A stretch of DNA of 64,000 bases from Longimicrobiales bacterium (GTDB taxonomy: Bacteria; Gemmatimonadota; Gemmatimonadetes; Longimicrobiales; Gaopeijiaceae). The notes under the pieces were generated by a model, which did no database searches, had not been told where the DNA came from, and saw only the letters and a list, made by a program, of their open reading frames with translations. The translations under genes and the position numbers were made by a program. Positions 40,065 to 49,073 of the stretch are shown here, piece after piece (positions within the stretch are counted from its first letter, which is position 1; each line of letters begins with the position of its first letter). Location of the stretch: positions 34,321-98,320 of the forward strand of contig CBDCKN010000001.1 of NCBI GenBank assembly GCA_965218295.1. Reading direction: 5' to 3'.

Positions 40065-40153
40065 GCTCAACTGATTGTTTCCACACTCGCCTTCACCCTC
40101 GACTCTACTGCCCGCTCCACCTAGAGTGTGGAAACAATCCTTAATCGTTAGAC
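40065..40153 (-). repeat. 16-bp inverted repeat inside an attC-like frame
   Basis: gattgtttccacactc / gagtgtggaaacaatc, bracketed on the minus strand by GTCTAAC and GTTGAGC. Confidence 0.45.
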
Positions 40154-40315
40154 GGCCGACTCCCCGGCACTGACGGGCGGTCGGATCGAGGGTGAGTCAA
40201 GGAACCAGAGGGGGAAGTTTTTGAGCGATTTCGGGGCATCGAACGCCGCAGACGGAACCGCGGCGGCACTTCGTCGGAAACCGATCGACCTGGCCCGAAG
40301 CGGCCATGGGGCAGG

Positions 40316-41043
40316 TCAGTAGGGGGTGGCGAAGTAGAATTTCGATCCGGTTTCTGCTTCGATCGCCCCATAGCCGTGGAACTCAGTTCCGTTGTCGGCC
40401 GTGATGGTGTGAGTGGGGCGAGCAGCAGTCTTGATCAGACGAACGGCTCGACGGTTCGTAGCCTCGACGGTACGAGCCTCGAGCTTGCCGATCATCACGT
40501 AGCCCGTCTTACGATCGACGAAGGTGAGGACGCAGTGCTTGTCGGAGCTGGTACCGATCACGGTATCGGCTTCGAGGTGGCCGACTCGGCTTCGGTTCTG
40601 TGCACCAGCTGGGCGCTCAGATATCGGCCGTTTGCCGGCCAACCGACCTCGGGAATCATAGGATCCGTACCGTTTTCGGCGTTGCTTGGGCGAACAGCGC
40701 AGATGCAGATACAGGCGGCCACCGCGCTTTCGGTCGCGCCAGATGTGGCGGTAGATGGTCTCGTGGCTGATCGAGAGCCGAGCCTTGCGCCGTAACCAGC
40801 CTGCGGCTTGCTCAGGGCTCCACTGTTGCCTGAGGCACGCCTCCACCATTCGCCAGTCCGATGCACCGAAGCGCTCATTGCGGCGCGATCTGCCTCGTCT
40901 CCACCGGGCGTAGTCATCGGCCAGGTCCGGTCGATAGGCCCGGCCCTGACGATCCTTCGAGTTGCGGCGCACCTCACGGCTGATCGTACTTCGATGTCGG
41001 CCCAGTGCTCGAGCGATCGCAGCTTGGTTGCATCCTTGTTTTC
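40316..41043 (-). pseudogene. IS30-family transposase, central part (3' truncated)
   Basis: IARALGRHRSTISREVRRN, WSPEQ, ISHETIY, GHLEADT, TITADNGTEF; stops at FATPY before the WERG/E region. Confidence 0.9.
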
Positions 41044-41334
41044 GGTAATTATATACCCCTTGCACGACAACTGCGGGTCAGTTAGCGTGGGGTATGAATC
41101 TGAGAGGTTGGCTTGGCAGGCCATACACTGCGGTGTGTGGTCTCGCAATGTTCACGGGTTTGTTGGTCGATTTTCAGGGTGCGGCCTCTAAGATGTCCAA
41201 AGGTCGTGCCTGTTCTTGCGGCGTTCCTCCCTATAATAGCTATAGGTGGAACGACGTTCTTCCCTCTCTGCCAACTTAGGTGAGACACGGAACGAGTAAA
41301 GAATTAGAGTAGGGCGAAGGCAGAGAAACCGAGG

Positions 41335-41787
41335 ATGCTGGGACACCGAGAGAGAATGGAAGAGAATGGAATCGCCCCACTAACCTGGGAGGGTAAGCGA
41401 AGCGCGGCAGCTGCTCCGGACGCGGAGGTGGTAGATAAGCCGACGCGCCGACGGTTTAGTCCGTCGTACAAGCTGCGGGTCGTCGAAGAAGCGGACCGGT
41501 GCACGGAGCCGGGAGAGGTAGGGCGACTCCTGCGACGGGAGGGCTTGTACTCGTCGCACCTGACGATATGGCGCAAGGCGGTGCGGAGTGGGTCGCTGAG
41601 AGTGCTGTCGAAGAGACGAGGTCGAAAGCCGAGCGAACGGAATCCGCTGGAGGGGAAAGTGCGCAAGCTGGAGCGCGAGAACACTCGCCTGGAGAAGGAA
41701 CTCGAGAAGGCGCGCCTGATCATCGACGTCCAGGGAAAAGTTGCAGGGCTGCTGGGATTGAGCCTCGAGGACGGGACGAACTCGTGA
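41335..41787 (+). CDS. IS3 transposase OrfA (copy 2)
   Basis: Homologous to 38539-38988. Confidence 0.88.
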   Translation: MLGHRERMEENGIAPLTWEGKRSAAAAPDAEVVDKPTRRRFSPSYKLRVVEEADRCTEPGEVGRLLRREGLYSSHLTIWRKAVRSGSLRVLSKRRGRKPSERNPLEGKVRKLERENTRLEKELEKARLIIDVQGKVAGLLGLSLEDGTNS

Positions 41788-42791
41788 AGGCGGCCGAGGC
41801 GCTGGCCACGTACGTAGGGGTAAAGCCCGCGTGCGATGCGCTCAGGGTCGCCCGAGCCACGTTCTATCGTCGTCGGAGGCCATCGACCGGGCATCAGCAG
41901 CCCCGCCCGACCCCAGCCCGGGCCTTGAGCGAGAAGGAACGAGACAAGGTCTTCGACACGCTGTGTTCGGAGCGATTCGTGGACCGGTCCCCGGCCGAGG
42001 TTGTGGCGACCCTGCTCGACGAAGACGTCTACCTGTGCAGCGAACGTACGATGTATCGCGTTCTGGCCTCCCAAGTGCCAGTTCGAGAGCGCCGAGCGCA
42101 GCGGAGTCATCCCGAATACCAGAAACCCGAGTTGATGGCGACGGGCCCGGGCCAGGTCTGGTCCTGGGATATCACACGGCTGCTGGGGCCGAGGAAGTGG
42201 AGCTACTTCTACCTCTACGTCATCATGGACATCTTCAGCCGCTACATCGTGGGATGGATGGTGGCGGATCGGGAGAGCTCGGCCTTGGCCGGGCGCCTGA
42301 TCCAGCAGAGTTGCCTGAAGCATGGCGTCCAGCCCCAGGTCCTGACCTTGCACTCGGATCGAGGAGCTCCGATGACGAGCCAATGCACGGCTCAGCTCCT
42401 CGCCGATCTCGGGGTGACCCGCTCGCTGAGCCGACCTCAGGTGTCGGATGACAATCCGTTCTCCGAGGCCCAGTTCAAGACCTTGAAGTACCATCCCTCG
42501 TTTCCTGGACGGTTCGAGGATCAGGGCCAGGCCAAAATGTTCTGTCGCTCGTTCTTCCGCTGGTACAATGCCGAGCACCGCCATGGCGGCATCTCGATGC
42601 TGACCCCCGAACAGGTCCACTTCGGTCACGCCGATCAGGTCATCGCCGGCAGGGAGGCCGTGCTACGCGAGGCCTGGGCCGCTCATCCCGACCGCTTCGT
42701 CTCCGGTGAGCCGAAGCCCAAACCGCTCCCGGAGGCCGTCTGGATCAATCCTCCAACCCCCTCCCTCACGACACAGGAGATTGCTCTCTAA
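41784..42791 (+). CDS. IS3 transposase OrfB (copy 2)
   Basis: Homologous to 38985-39992; GTG start. Confidence 0.92.
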   Translation: MKAAEALATYVGVKPACDALRVARATFYRRRRPSTGHQQPRPTPARALSEKERDKVFDTLCSERFVDRSPAEVVATLLDEDVYLCSERTMYRVLASQVPVRERRAQRSHPEYQKPELMATGPGQVWSWDITRLLGPRKWSYFYLYVIMDIFSRYIVGWMVADRESSALAGRLIQQSCLKHGVQPQVLTLHSDRGAPMTSQCTAQLLADLGVTRSLSRPQVSDDNPFSEAQFKTLKYHPSFPGRFEDQGQAKMFCRSFFRWYNAEHRHGGISMLTPEQVHFGHADQVIAGREAVLREAWAAHPDRFVSGEPKPKPLPEAVWINPPTPSLTTQEIAL

Positions 42792-43173
42792 TTAATTCCC
42801 AAGAGTGTCTCACTGGCGTTGACAGGCTCCGCTTTGGGCTTTGGTCAATAACGTCTATTTGGACGTTCCTTAGGTCACGGCGCCCTGCTGCGAGGTTTGG
42901 AACATACTATCACACTGTGGTTCAATGCCGTGATGCCGCCAGGTTCGCGATGGAATGTTCCACGCACAGTGCAGAACTGTATGCTGACTTGCGGCAACTT
43001 TCCGAAATATTGGGAAGGTTGGGCATAGAGTGTCCATCCGTATTCCCAGATGACCAGAAATATTCAAGTATATGGTTCGCCTTTCTGACTGAATTGAGCT
43101 CACTGGCTTTCCATGGAGATTTGACCAAAGCGCGCAGGCTAAAAAAGTTGATGTCCCTGTGAACAGACAGATG

Positions 43174-44082
43174 TTACGCGGCGGCTGTCAGCTCGCGGTA
43201 CCGGAGGGCCTGGCCGTCCAGGAGACGGATCAGGACGGCCTCGAAGATGTAGGGGTCGTTCCGGTGGTTGATCCTGAACTCGACTTCGGACAGGTAGGCG
43301 TCCAGGTGCTTGGCGCTGACCTGGTGCCATGCTCCGACGATGGAGCGCTTGAGAAGGCTCCAGACACCCTCTACGCTGTTCGTGTGGACATCTCCGACCA
43401 CCCACTCCTCTTCGGAGTGTTTGACCGTCTCATGGCGCGTGTCGTGATCGGCGATCCCGAGGTAGGACTTAAGCTCGTCGGTGTAGATGGCCTCGGTGTC
43501 GGACCGCGTGTTCCTGGCGATGAAGGCGTGGAGCGTGGCCCGCTTGATGTTGGGGACCGCCTCGATACGCACCTCGCCGCCACGCTGGACGGCTCCGGCG
43601 ACCCACGTCTTGCCGACGCGGTTGCCGGTACCGACGCCGCGCCTCTTGCCGCCGACCAGGGTCTCGTCCACCTCGACCACGCCGAACAGGGTCGGCCCGC
43701 CCGAGAGATTGCCCCGCATGGCCGACCGGATACGATGGCACAGGTGCCACGCGGTCTTGTAGGTGACGCCGATCGTCCGCTTGATCTGGTTCGCGCTGAT
43801 GCTCTTCTTCGACTCGCAGACCAGGTAGATCGTTACGAACCACTTCCAGAGCGGAAGGTTCGTGTTGTCGAAGATGGTTCCCGAAGTAACGCTGAAGCGG
43901 TAGCGGCACCCGTTGCAGTCGAACTGGTCACGGGTGCTGATCTCCGAGACGGACATGTCGCCGCAGCGCGGGCAAGCAACCGCCCCCGACCAGCGCAGCT
44001 TCTCAAGGTATTCGCGGCAAGTCTCTTCGTCGCGGAACTTTTCGATCAACGAAATCAGATTGATTCTGGAGGTGTCAACCAT
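43174..44082 (-). CDS. IS1595-family transposase
   Basis: Zn ribbon CPRCG..CNGC, FSVTSGTIF, VEVDET, IYTDE, HTNSVEGVWS, YLSEVEFR. Confidence 0.95.
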   Translation of the reverse strand: MVDTSRINLISLIEKFRDEETCREYLEKLRWSGAVACPRCGDMSVSEISTRDQFDCNGCRYRFSVTSGTIFDNTNLPLWKWFVTIYLVCESKKSISANQIKRTIGVTYKTAWHLCHRIRSAMRGNLSGGPTLFGVVEVDETLVGGKRRGVGTGNRVGKTWVAGAVQRGGEVRIEAVPNIKRATLHAFIARNTRSDTEAIYTDELKSYLGIADHDTRHETVKHSEEEWVVGDVHTNSVEGVWSLLKRSIVGAWHQVSAKHLDAYLSEVEFRINHRNDPYIFEAVLIRLLDGQALRYRELTAAA

Positions 44083-44227
44083 GGGTCATACCCGGCGTAA
44101 AGAGGACAAGCTACCGAAGGACGTAAGGCACCTAACGGGCGACCAGGTGATGGAGAAGTTGTTCTCTAAGAAAGTGGCTAAAGAACTGAAGAAGGTCGCC
44201 CATGAGAAGGGCCGGAAAGCGAAGTGA
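44081..44227 (+). CDS. 48-aa basic peptide inside IS1595
   Basis: GGAGGT RBS 7 nt upstream of ATG; Lys-rich. Confidence 0.5.
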   Translation: MGHTRRKEDKLPKDVRHLTGDQVMEKLFSKKVAKELKKVAHEKGRKAK

Positions 44228-44286
44228 ATATCCATACACTGAATCTAATACAACCGGCTCTGCCGTGCAAGGGGTATATAATTACC

Positions 44287-44349
44287 TTGTTTTCTGAGCG
44301 CAGAGAGCGCATATCGCTCACCAGAGGTGAGCTGGCGATACCTGTTCAT
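44287..44349 (-). pseudogene. IS30 transposase N-terminus
   Basis: MNRYRQLTSGERYALSALRKQ joins in frame to 41043 once IS1595 and one TSD copy are removed. Confidence 0.88.
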
Positions 44350-44368
44350 GAACTTCCTCTTTTTCGTC

Positions 44369-45825
44369 GAAGCTGTCCCAACCGTAGTTGAAGGTTCCTG
44401 ATAGGGGAGAAAGAAAAGTGGTGGCTCCGGGGGTCCCGGGCCGATAGGCTCGGGTAGGCAAAAACCCCAACACGGAGCCACCACGATGAAGAGAACGTAC
44501 GAGGTAAGGGATCGGGCGGACAAGCGCGCGATCAGGGAGTTCCTGAAGCGGGAGGGGCAGTTTCTGCTTCCGATGCTTGAGCTCGTGGAGCAGACGGAGG
44601 TCGCGATCGACGAAGTCATCCAGGTGATGGGACGAGCGACGATCGAAGCGGTGCTGGAGATGAGCGCCGAGGGTGTGGCAGGCGTGAAGCAGGCAGGTCG
44701 GTCACGAGCGGAAGACGACACGGTGTGGTATGGCCGGCAGGGTGGTGTGGTTTACCTGTCGGACCGGAAGGTGCGTGTGGAGCGGCCACGGCTCAGGCGC
44801 CGGGGCGCCGGGGAGGGTGGCGAGGTCGAGGTGCCGGCGTACGCAGCGATGCGGAGACCGGGCGCCGTGGCGGATCGGATGCTCGAGGTCCTGATGGCGG
44901 GGGTGAGCACGCGGAAGTACGGCCGTGTGATCGGTGAGATGGCCGACACGGTCGGGGTGAGCAAGTCGGCGGTGAGCCGTGAGACGGTCGAGGCCTCGGA
45001 GCGCGTGCTGAAGGAGCTGATGGAGCGCCGGCTGGATGCGTGGGACCTCCTGGTGATCTACCTGGACGGGATCCAGATGGGCTCGCACCACGTGCTTGCT
45101 GCGGTAGGCGTGGACTCAGACGGAAAGAAGCACGTGCTGGGCGTGAGGGAAGGAGCGAGTGAGAACGCCGAGGTGACCGGGGCGCTCCTAGAGGATCTGG
45201 TCGAGCGCGGCCTGGACCCGGGCAGGCGGCGGCTGTTCGTGATCGATGGCTCGAAAGCGCTCAGGAAGGCGATCGAGAAGGTGTTCGGCCAACGTCACCC
45301 CATCCAGCGCTGCCGCAACCACAAGCTCCGCAACGTGCTGGGTCATCTGCCGAAGGATCAGCATCCTCAGGTGAAGGCGGCGTTCCGGGCGGCGATGAAG
45401 CTGGACGCGAAGCAGGGCGAGCAGAAGCTCGAGCAGCTCGCCCGATGGCTCGAGCGCGACCACCCCTCGGCCTCGGCCAGCCTACGCGAAGGCCTCAGCG
45501 AGATGTTCACGATCAACCGGCTCGGCCTCCCGCCGCGGCTGAGGAAGTGCCTGGGCTCGACCAACCTGATCGACAGCACCCACTCGGGCGTAAGACAGAA
45601 GACCCGCAGGGTGACCAACTGGAAGAACGGAGCGATGGCCTTGCGCTGGGCTGCGGCCTCGTTCGTGGAGACCGAGAAGAGCTACCGGAGGATCATCGGC
45701 TACGACCAGCTCTGGATGCTCAGGGCCCACCTCGACGACCATGAACCGGTTGCCGAAATGAGAAAGGCAGGCTAACAAGGAGACTCTCCGGAGCCACCAC
45801 CTTCAACTGTCAGCGGGACACCATC
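44369..45825 (+). mobile_element. IS256-family element
   Basis: IR GAAGCTGTCCC..AGTTGAAGGT / GATGGTGTCCC..AGTTGAAGGT; 8-bp TSD ttttcgtc. Confidence 0.92.
44486..45775 (+). CDS. IS256-family transposase
   Basis: GVSTRKY, SKSAVS, IYLDG, VIDGSKAL, QRCRNHK, STNLID. Confidence 0.95.
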   Translation: MKRTYEVRDRADKRAIREFLKREGQFLLPMLELVEQTEVAIDEVIQVMGRATIEAVLEMSAEGVAGVKQAGRSRAEDDTVWYGRQGGVVYLSDRKVRVERPRLRRRGAGEGGEVEVPAYAAMRRPGAVADRMLEVLMAGVSTRKYGRVIGEMADTVGVSKSAVSRETVEASERVLKELMERRLDAWDLLVIYLDGIQMGSHHVLAAVGVDSDGKKHVLGVREGASENAEVTGALLEDLVERGLDPGRRRLFVIDGSKALRKAIEKVFGQRHPIQRCRNHKLRNVLGHLPKDQHPQVKAAFRAAMKLDAKQGEQKLEQLARWLERDHPSASASLREGLSEMFTINRLGLPPRLRKCLGSTNLIDSTHSGVRQKTRRVTNWKNGAMALRWAAASFVETEKSYRRIIGYDQLWMLRAHLDDHEPVAEMRKAG

Positions 45826-45833
45826 TTTTCGTC

Positions 45834-45923
45834 GAGAAGGAAGGTCTAGGGCGTCCCAGCTCGCCTCAACTTCTTTGTGGAGTTCGGTCGGGTGGTTTGT
45901 TGCACTTACTATATGAATCCAAG
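45834..45923 (-). mobile_element. IS30 left end
   Basis: cttggattcatatagtaagtgcaaca terminal motif upstream of the IS30 start codon once IS256 is removed. Confidence 0.7.
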
Positions 45924-45925
45924 CT

Positions 45926-46026
45926 GTCTAACAAGCGATTGCTGCAGTCGCGGTAACCATCAGGCTCGCGCGCTACGCCCGCGGTCACCACATTAGCCGC
46001 GCAGCAGAATCGCATAGACGTTAGAG
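45926..46026 (+). other. Integron attC recombination site (orphan)
   Basis: R'' GTCTAAC, GCGATT(G)CTGC pairing with GCAGAATCGC (extrahelical G), CGCGG/CCGCG, R' GTTAGAG. Confidence 0.78.
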
Positions 46027-46066
46027 CGCGGTGCGTACACGCTGAAAATAGGGGCAGGAGGAGGGT

Positions 46067-46390
46067 ATGAAACGCTTATTGACCCCAGTTGTTGTGCTGG
46101 TCGCTGCCTGGGTCGGACAGGAGCAGGTGATCGATCTATCCCCGACCAGCTGGCTAGCCGACTACGATGAGTTTATTCAGGCGCAACTGGTCGACCGCAC
46201 CGAAGCGGGCGTCGCCTCCGGCAAGAACGGCGCCGTGACCGTTGCCTACAACGGACTGGCCGCCCGTGCTGGATTGGAGGCTCTGATGCAAGGTGGAAAC
46301 GCCATCGACGCGGCGATCACTACCGCGGTCGCGCTGTGTCGGATTGAGGTAGGGCGCTCGATACTTCGTGCTGGAGGCTTTGAACAATGA
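46067..46390 (+). pseudogene. N-terminal fragment of a gamma-glutamyltransferase-family protein
   Basis: GAVT..AARAGLEALMQGGNAIDAAITTAVAL, then an abrupt end at 107 aa. Confidence 0.7.
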
Positions 46391-47364
46391 AAAATTTCCG
46401 TGAGAAGCTCGTCGGCATCGTGACTTCGCTGCCGACCTTTTGCGATGACGATTACAAACTGCTGCTCGACCGCCAGCGAAAGCACATCGGCTGGCTGATC
46501 GAGCACGGGTTGACGGAGGGGTCGGCCGTGCTGATGGGCAGCGGGGGGCTCGGGGAGGGGTACTTCCTCGGCACCGACGAGTGGGAGCGCCTCGTCGACG
46601 TGCTGGCCGAGGAGGCCGGCGGCAGGGTCCCGACGATGGTCGGTGTCTTCGATCTGAGCGCCCGGGAGGCCGCGAGGAAGGCGGCATACGCGGCCCGCGC
46701 CGGGATCGACTTCGTCCAACTGGCTCCGCCCCACTACATGGTGCCCTCGGAGGAAGATGTCTTCGGGCACTTTCGCTACGTCAACGACCACGCCGACATC
46801 GGCATCATGGCCTACAACATCCCCTGGGCGATGCCGAATCCGGGCTTCGAGCTGACCGAATCGCTCTTGGAGCGGTTCGCCGGGTTGGAGCATGTCGTCG
46901 GCGTGAAGTGGTCGTCGCACGACGTGGACCACTTCTTGCGGACGCTGCGGCTCTTCGCCGACCGGTTCAACTTCATCGACAACATGCTGCTCTTTTCGCT
47001 CGGGGCGCGCCTCGGAATGAAGGGGTTCATCTCGCACGAAGCCAACGCGGCGCCGCGGCTGGAGTTGAGGCGGCTGAAGATGCTTCGGGATGGAAGGTTC
47101 GACGAGTTCGATGAGGAGTTTCTCGCGATGAGCTTCGACCCCTACATCAAGACCGTGTCGCCCGAGGAGGCGTCGTGGGTCGGCATGGGTGAGGGCCCCA
47201 CCGCGCGGTTGTCGCTTCGCCTGCTGGGCCTGGATGCCGGCCCGCCCTTTCCGGCGCAGGCTCCGCTGCCGAAGGAGTACGTCGAGAGCGCCCGGCGCGC
47301 CGTCGAGGTGAGCGGGGTCCTGAAGTGGGTTGACTGGGATCAGTCGATCTTCGATCGGGGATGA
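46387..47364 (+). CDS. Dihydrodipicolinate synthase / N-acetylneuraminate lyase family protein
   Basis: GGLGEG, APPHY, MAYNIP, VVGVKWS. Confidence 0.85.
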   Translation: MKNFREKLVGIVTSLPTFCDDDYKLLLDRQRKHIGWLIEHGLTEGSAVLMGSGGLGEGYFLGTDEWERLVDVLAEEAGGRVPTMVGVFDLSAREAARKAAYAARAGIDFVQLAPPHYMVPSEEDVFGHFRYVNDHADIGIMAYNIPWAMPNPGFELTESLLERFAGLEHVVGVKWSSHDVDHFLRTLRLFADRFNFIDNMLLFSLGARLGMKGFISHEANAAPRLELRRLKMLRDGRFDEFDEEFLAMSFDPYIKTVSPEEASWVGMGEGPTARLSLRLLGLDAGPPFPAQAPLPKEYVESARRAVEVSGVLKWVDWDQSIFDRG

Positions 47365-48887
47365 ACGCCTCCGGTCTCGACTGGATCGACGGAACCGTCA
47401 TCGGCCTCTACATCTGCCTCGTGCTCGGCATCGGCTGGTACCACGGTCGGCGGCAGAAGAGCACGGACGAGTACTTCGTCGGCAACCGGGCGATGAGCCC
47501 GAGCCTCATCGGGATCTCCATGTTCGCCACCCTTCTGAGCACGATCACCTACCTCGCGCTTCCGGGCGAGTACGTCGCAAAGGGGCCGGTCTACGGGTTC
47601 GAGCTGCTCGGAATCGTGGCCGCGTACTTCGTGGTGGGCTACTGGATCATCCCGGTTTACATGAGACGGCGCGTGACCAGCGCCTACGAGCTGATCGAGG
47701 ATAAGCTCGGCCTCGGATTCCGACTGTGCGCCGCGACGATCTTCCTGGTGATTCGGCTGGCGTGGATGTCGCTGCTGATCTATATGGCGTCGAAGGCGAT
47801 TCTGGCGATGCTCGGCCTGGAGACCACGTGGCTTCCCGCCGTCGTCTTCACCAGCGGCGGCGTGGCGATCCTCTACGCCTCGATCGGAGGGATGCGCGCC
47901 GTGGTGATCACGGATCTGCTGCAGTCGCTGCTGCTGTTCGGCGGGGCGGCCCTGGTCGTGGCGACGATCACGCTCGACTTCGGCGGGTTCGGCTGGTTTC
48001 CGACGTCGTGGCAGGAACACTGGGACACGCAACCGCTGTTCAGTCTGGATCCCAACGTGCGGGTAACGGCGTTCGGGACGATCCTGGGGGCCCTGCTGTG
48101 GTGGATGTGTACCAGCGCCGGCGATCAGACGGCCGTTCAGCGATTCATGGCCACCGGAAGCGAGAAGGCCGCACGCCGCTCGTTCCTCGTCAATTCGATT
48201 GCCGGGGGTGCGGTGGCCGTGATGCTCGCGCTGGTCGGATTCTCGCTGATGGGCTACTTCCAGGCCCATCCGGAGCAGCTTCCGGCGGGCGAGACGTTCT
48301 CTTCGGCCGCCGACGATCTGTTTCCCCATTACATCGCATCCCAACTTCCGAGCGGGATTTCGGGTTTACTCCTGGTGGCGCTGTTCGCCGCGGCGATGTC
48401 GAGCGTCGACTCGGGAGTCAACTCGATCAGCGCCGTGGTCCTCACCGACTTCGTCGGCCGCCTCCGAAAGCGCCCGATCTCGCCCCGGAGGCAGATGCTC
48501 GTCACGAGGCTGCTGGCGATCGGGATCGGGCTGATCGTCGTGCTGACGAGCTCCTTTTTGATTCCGCACGTTCCCGGCAACTTCGTGGCGCTGGCCAATC
48601 GAATCACAAATCTTCTGATCAGCCCCCTTTTCCTGATCTTCTTCATGGCGCTCTTCGTCCCCTTTTCGACCCGGGCCGGAACCCTTGCGGCCGTCGTCGC
48701 GTCGATGCTTACGGCGGTTACGGTGGCGTACTGGGAGCCGCTCATCGGCTGGTTGGGCGTCGAGCCGGAGTTCTTCAAAGCGATCAGCTTCCAGTGGATT
48801 CAGCCGTGCGCGCTGACCGCCGGCATCGCGGTTGGCTGTTCGGTCATTCTGCTCCAACGCGCGGCGAGCAGAAAGGCCGCCGTTTAA
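47361..48887 (+). CDS. Sodium:solute symporter
   Basis: EYFVGNR, SAYELIE, GGMRAVVITD, DQTAVQR, AAAMSSVDSGVNS. Confidence 0.92.
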   Translation: MNASGLDWIDGTVIGLYICLVLGIGWYHGRRQKSTDEYFVGNRAMSPSLIGISMFATLLSTITYLALPGEYVAKGPVYGFELLGIVAAYFVVGYWIIPVYMRRRVTSAYELIEDKLGLGFRLCAATIFLVIRLAWMSLLIYMASKAILAMLGLETTWLPAVVFTSGGVAILYASIGGMRAVVITDLLQSLLLFGGAALVVATITLDFGGFGWFPTSWQEHWDTQPLFSLDPNVRVTAFGTILGALLWWMCTSAGDQTAVQRFMATGSEKAARRSFLVNSIAGGAVAVMLALVGFSLMGYFQAHPEQLPAGETFSSAADDLFPHYIASQLPSGISGLLLVALFAAAMSSVDSGVNSISAVVLTDFVGRLRKRPISPRRQMLVTRLLAIGIGLIVVLTSSFLIPHVPGNFVALANRITNLLISPLFLIFFMALFVPFSTRAGTLAAVVASMLTAVTVAYWEPLIGWLGVEPEFFKAISFQWIQPCALTAGIAVGCSVILLQRAASRKAAV

Positions 48888-49004
48888 GAATAACCGACGC
48901 ACGTTTCGAAGATGACGTTCGCGTCCAAGTAGATTCTCATTCTGTCGGGGTCCAATCAGGATCCTCGAACCCCGGCGCCCCCTCATGAATCCAGTGGATC
49001 AGGT

Positions 49005-49073
49005 GTGAACAGAAATGTCGTGGAGATCACGGATCAGAACTTTGCGGAGACCATCGAGGGGTCCACAGGCTTT
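49005..49073 (+). pseudogene. 5' stub of a thioredoxin-like gene
   Basis: VNRNVVEITDQNFAETIEGSTG resembles the TrxA N-terminus; no WCxxC follows. Confidence 0.45.

Larger units (their letters stand above)
41262..42832 (+). mobile_element. IS3-family element, copy 2 (diverged isoform)
   Basis: Same IRs (TG at 41269) and outer ccctctc / ggctccgc; many substitutions versus copy 1. Confidence 0.9.
41094..43162 (+). pseudogene. IS1595 passenger membrane-protein gene split by IS3 copy 2
   Basis: Halves 41094-41262 and 42833-43162 rejoin into a hydrophobic reading frame; lower GC. Confidence 0.45.
41044..44286 (-). mobile_element. IS1595-family element with passenger ORFs
   Basis: 23-bp perfect IR ggtaattatataccccttgcacg; 8-bp TSD ttgttttc at 41036-41043 and 44287-44294. 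Confidence 0.92.
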
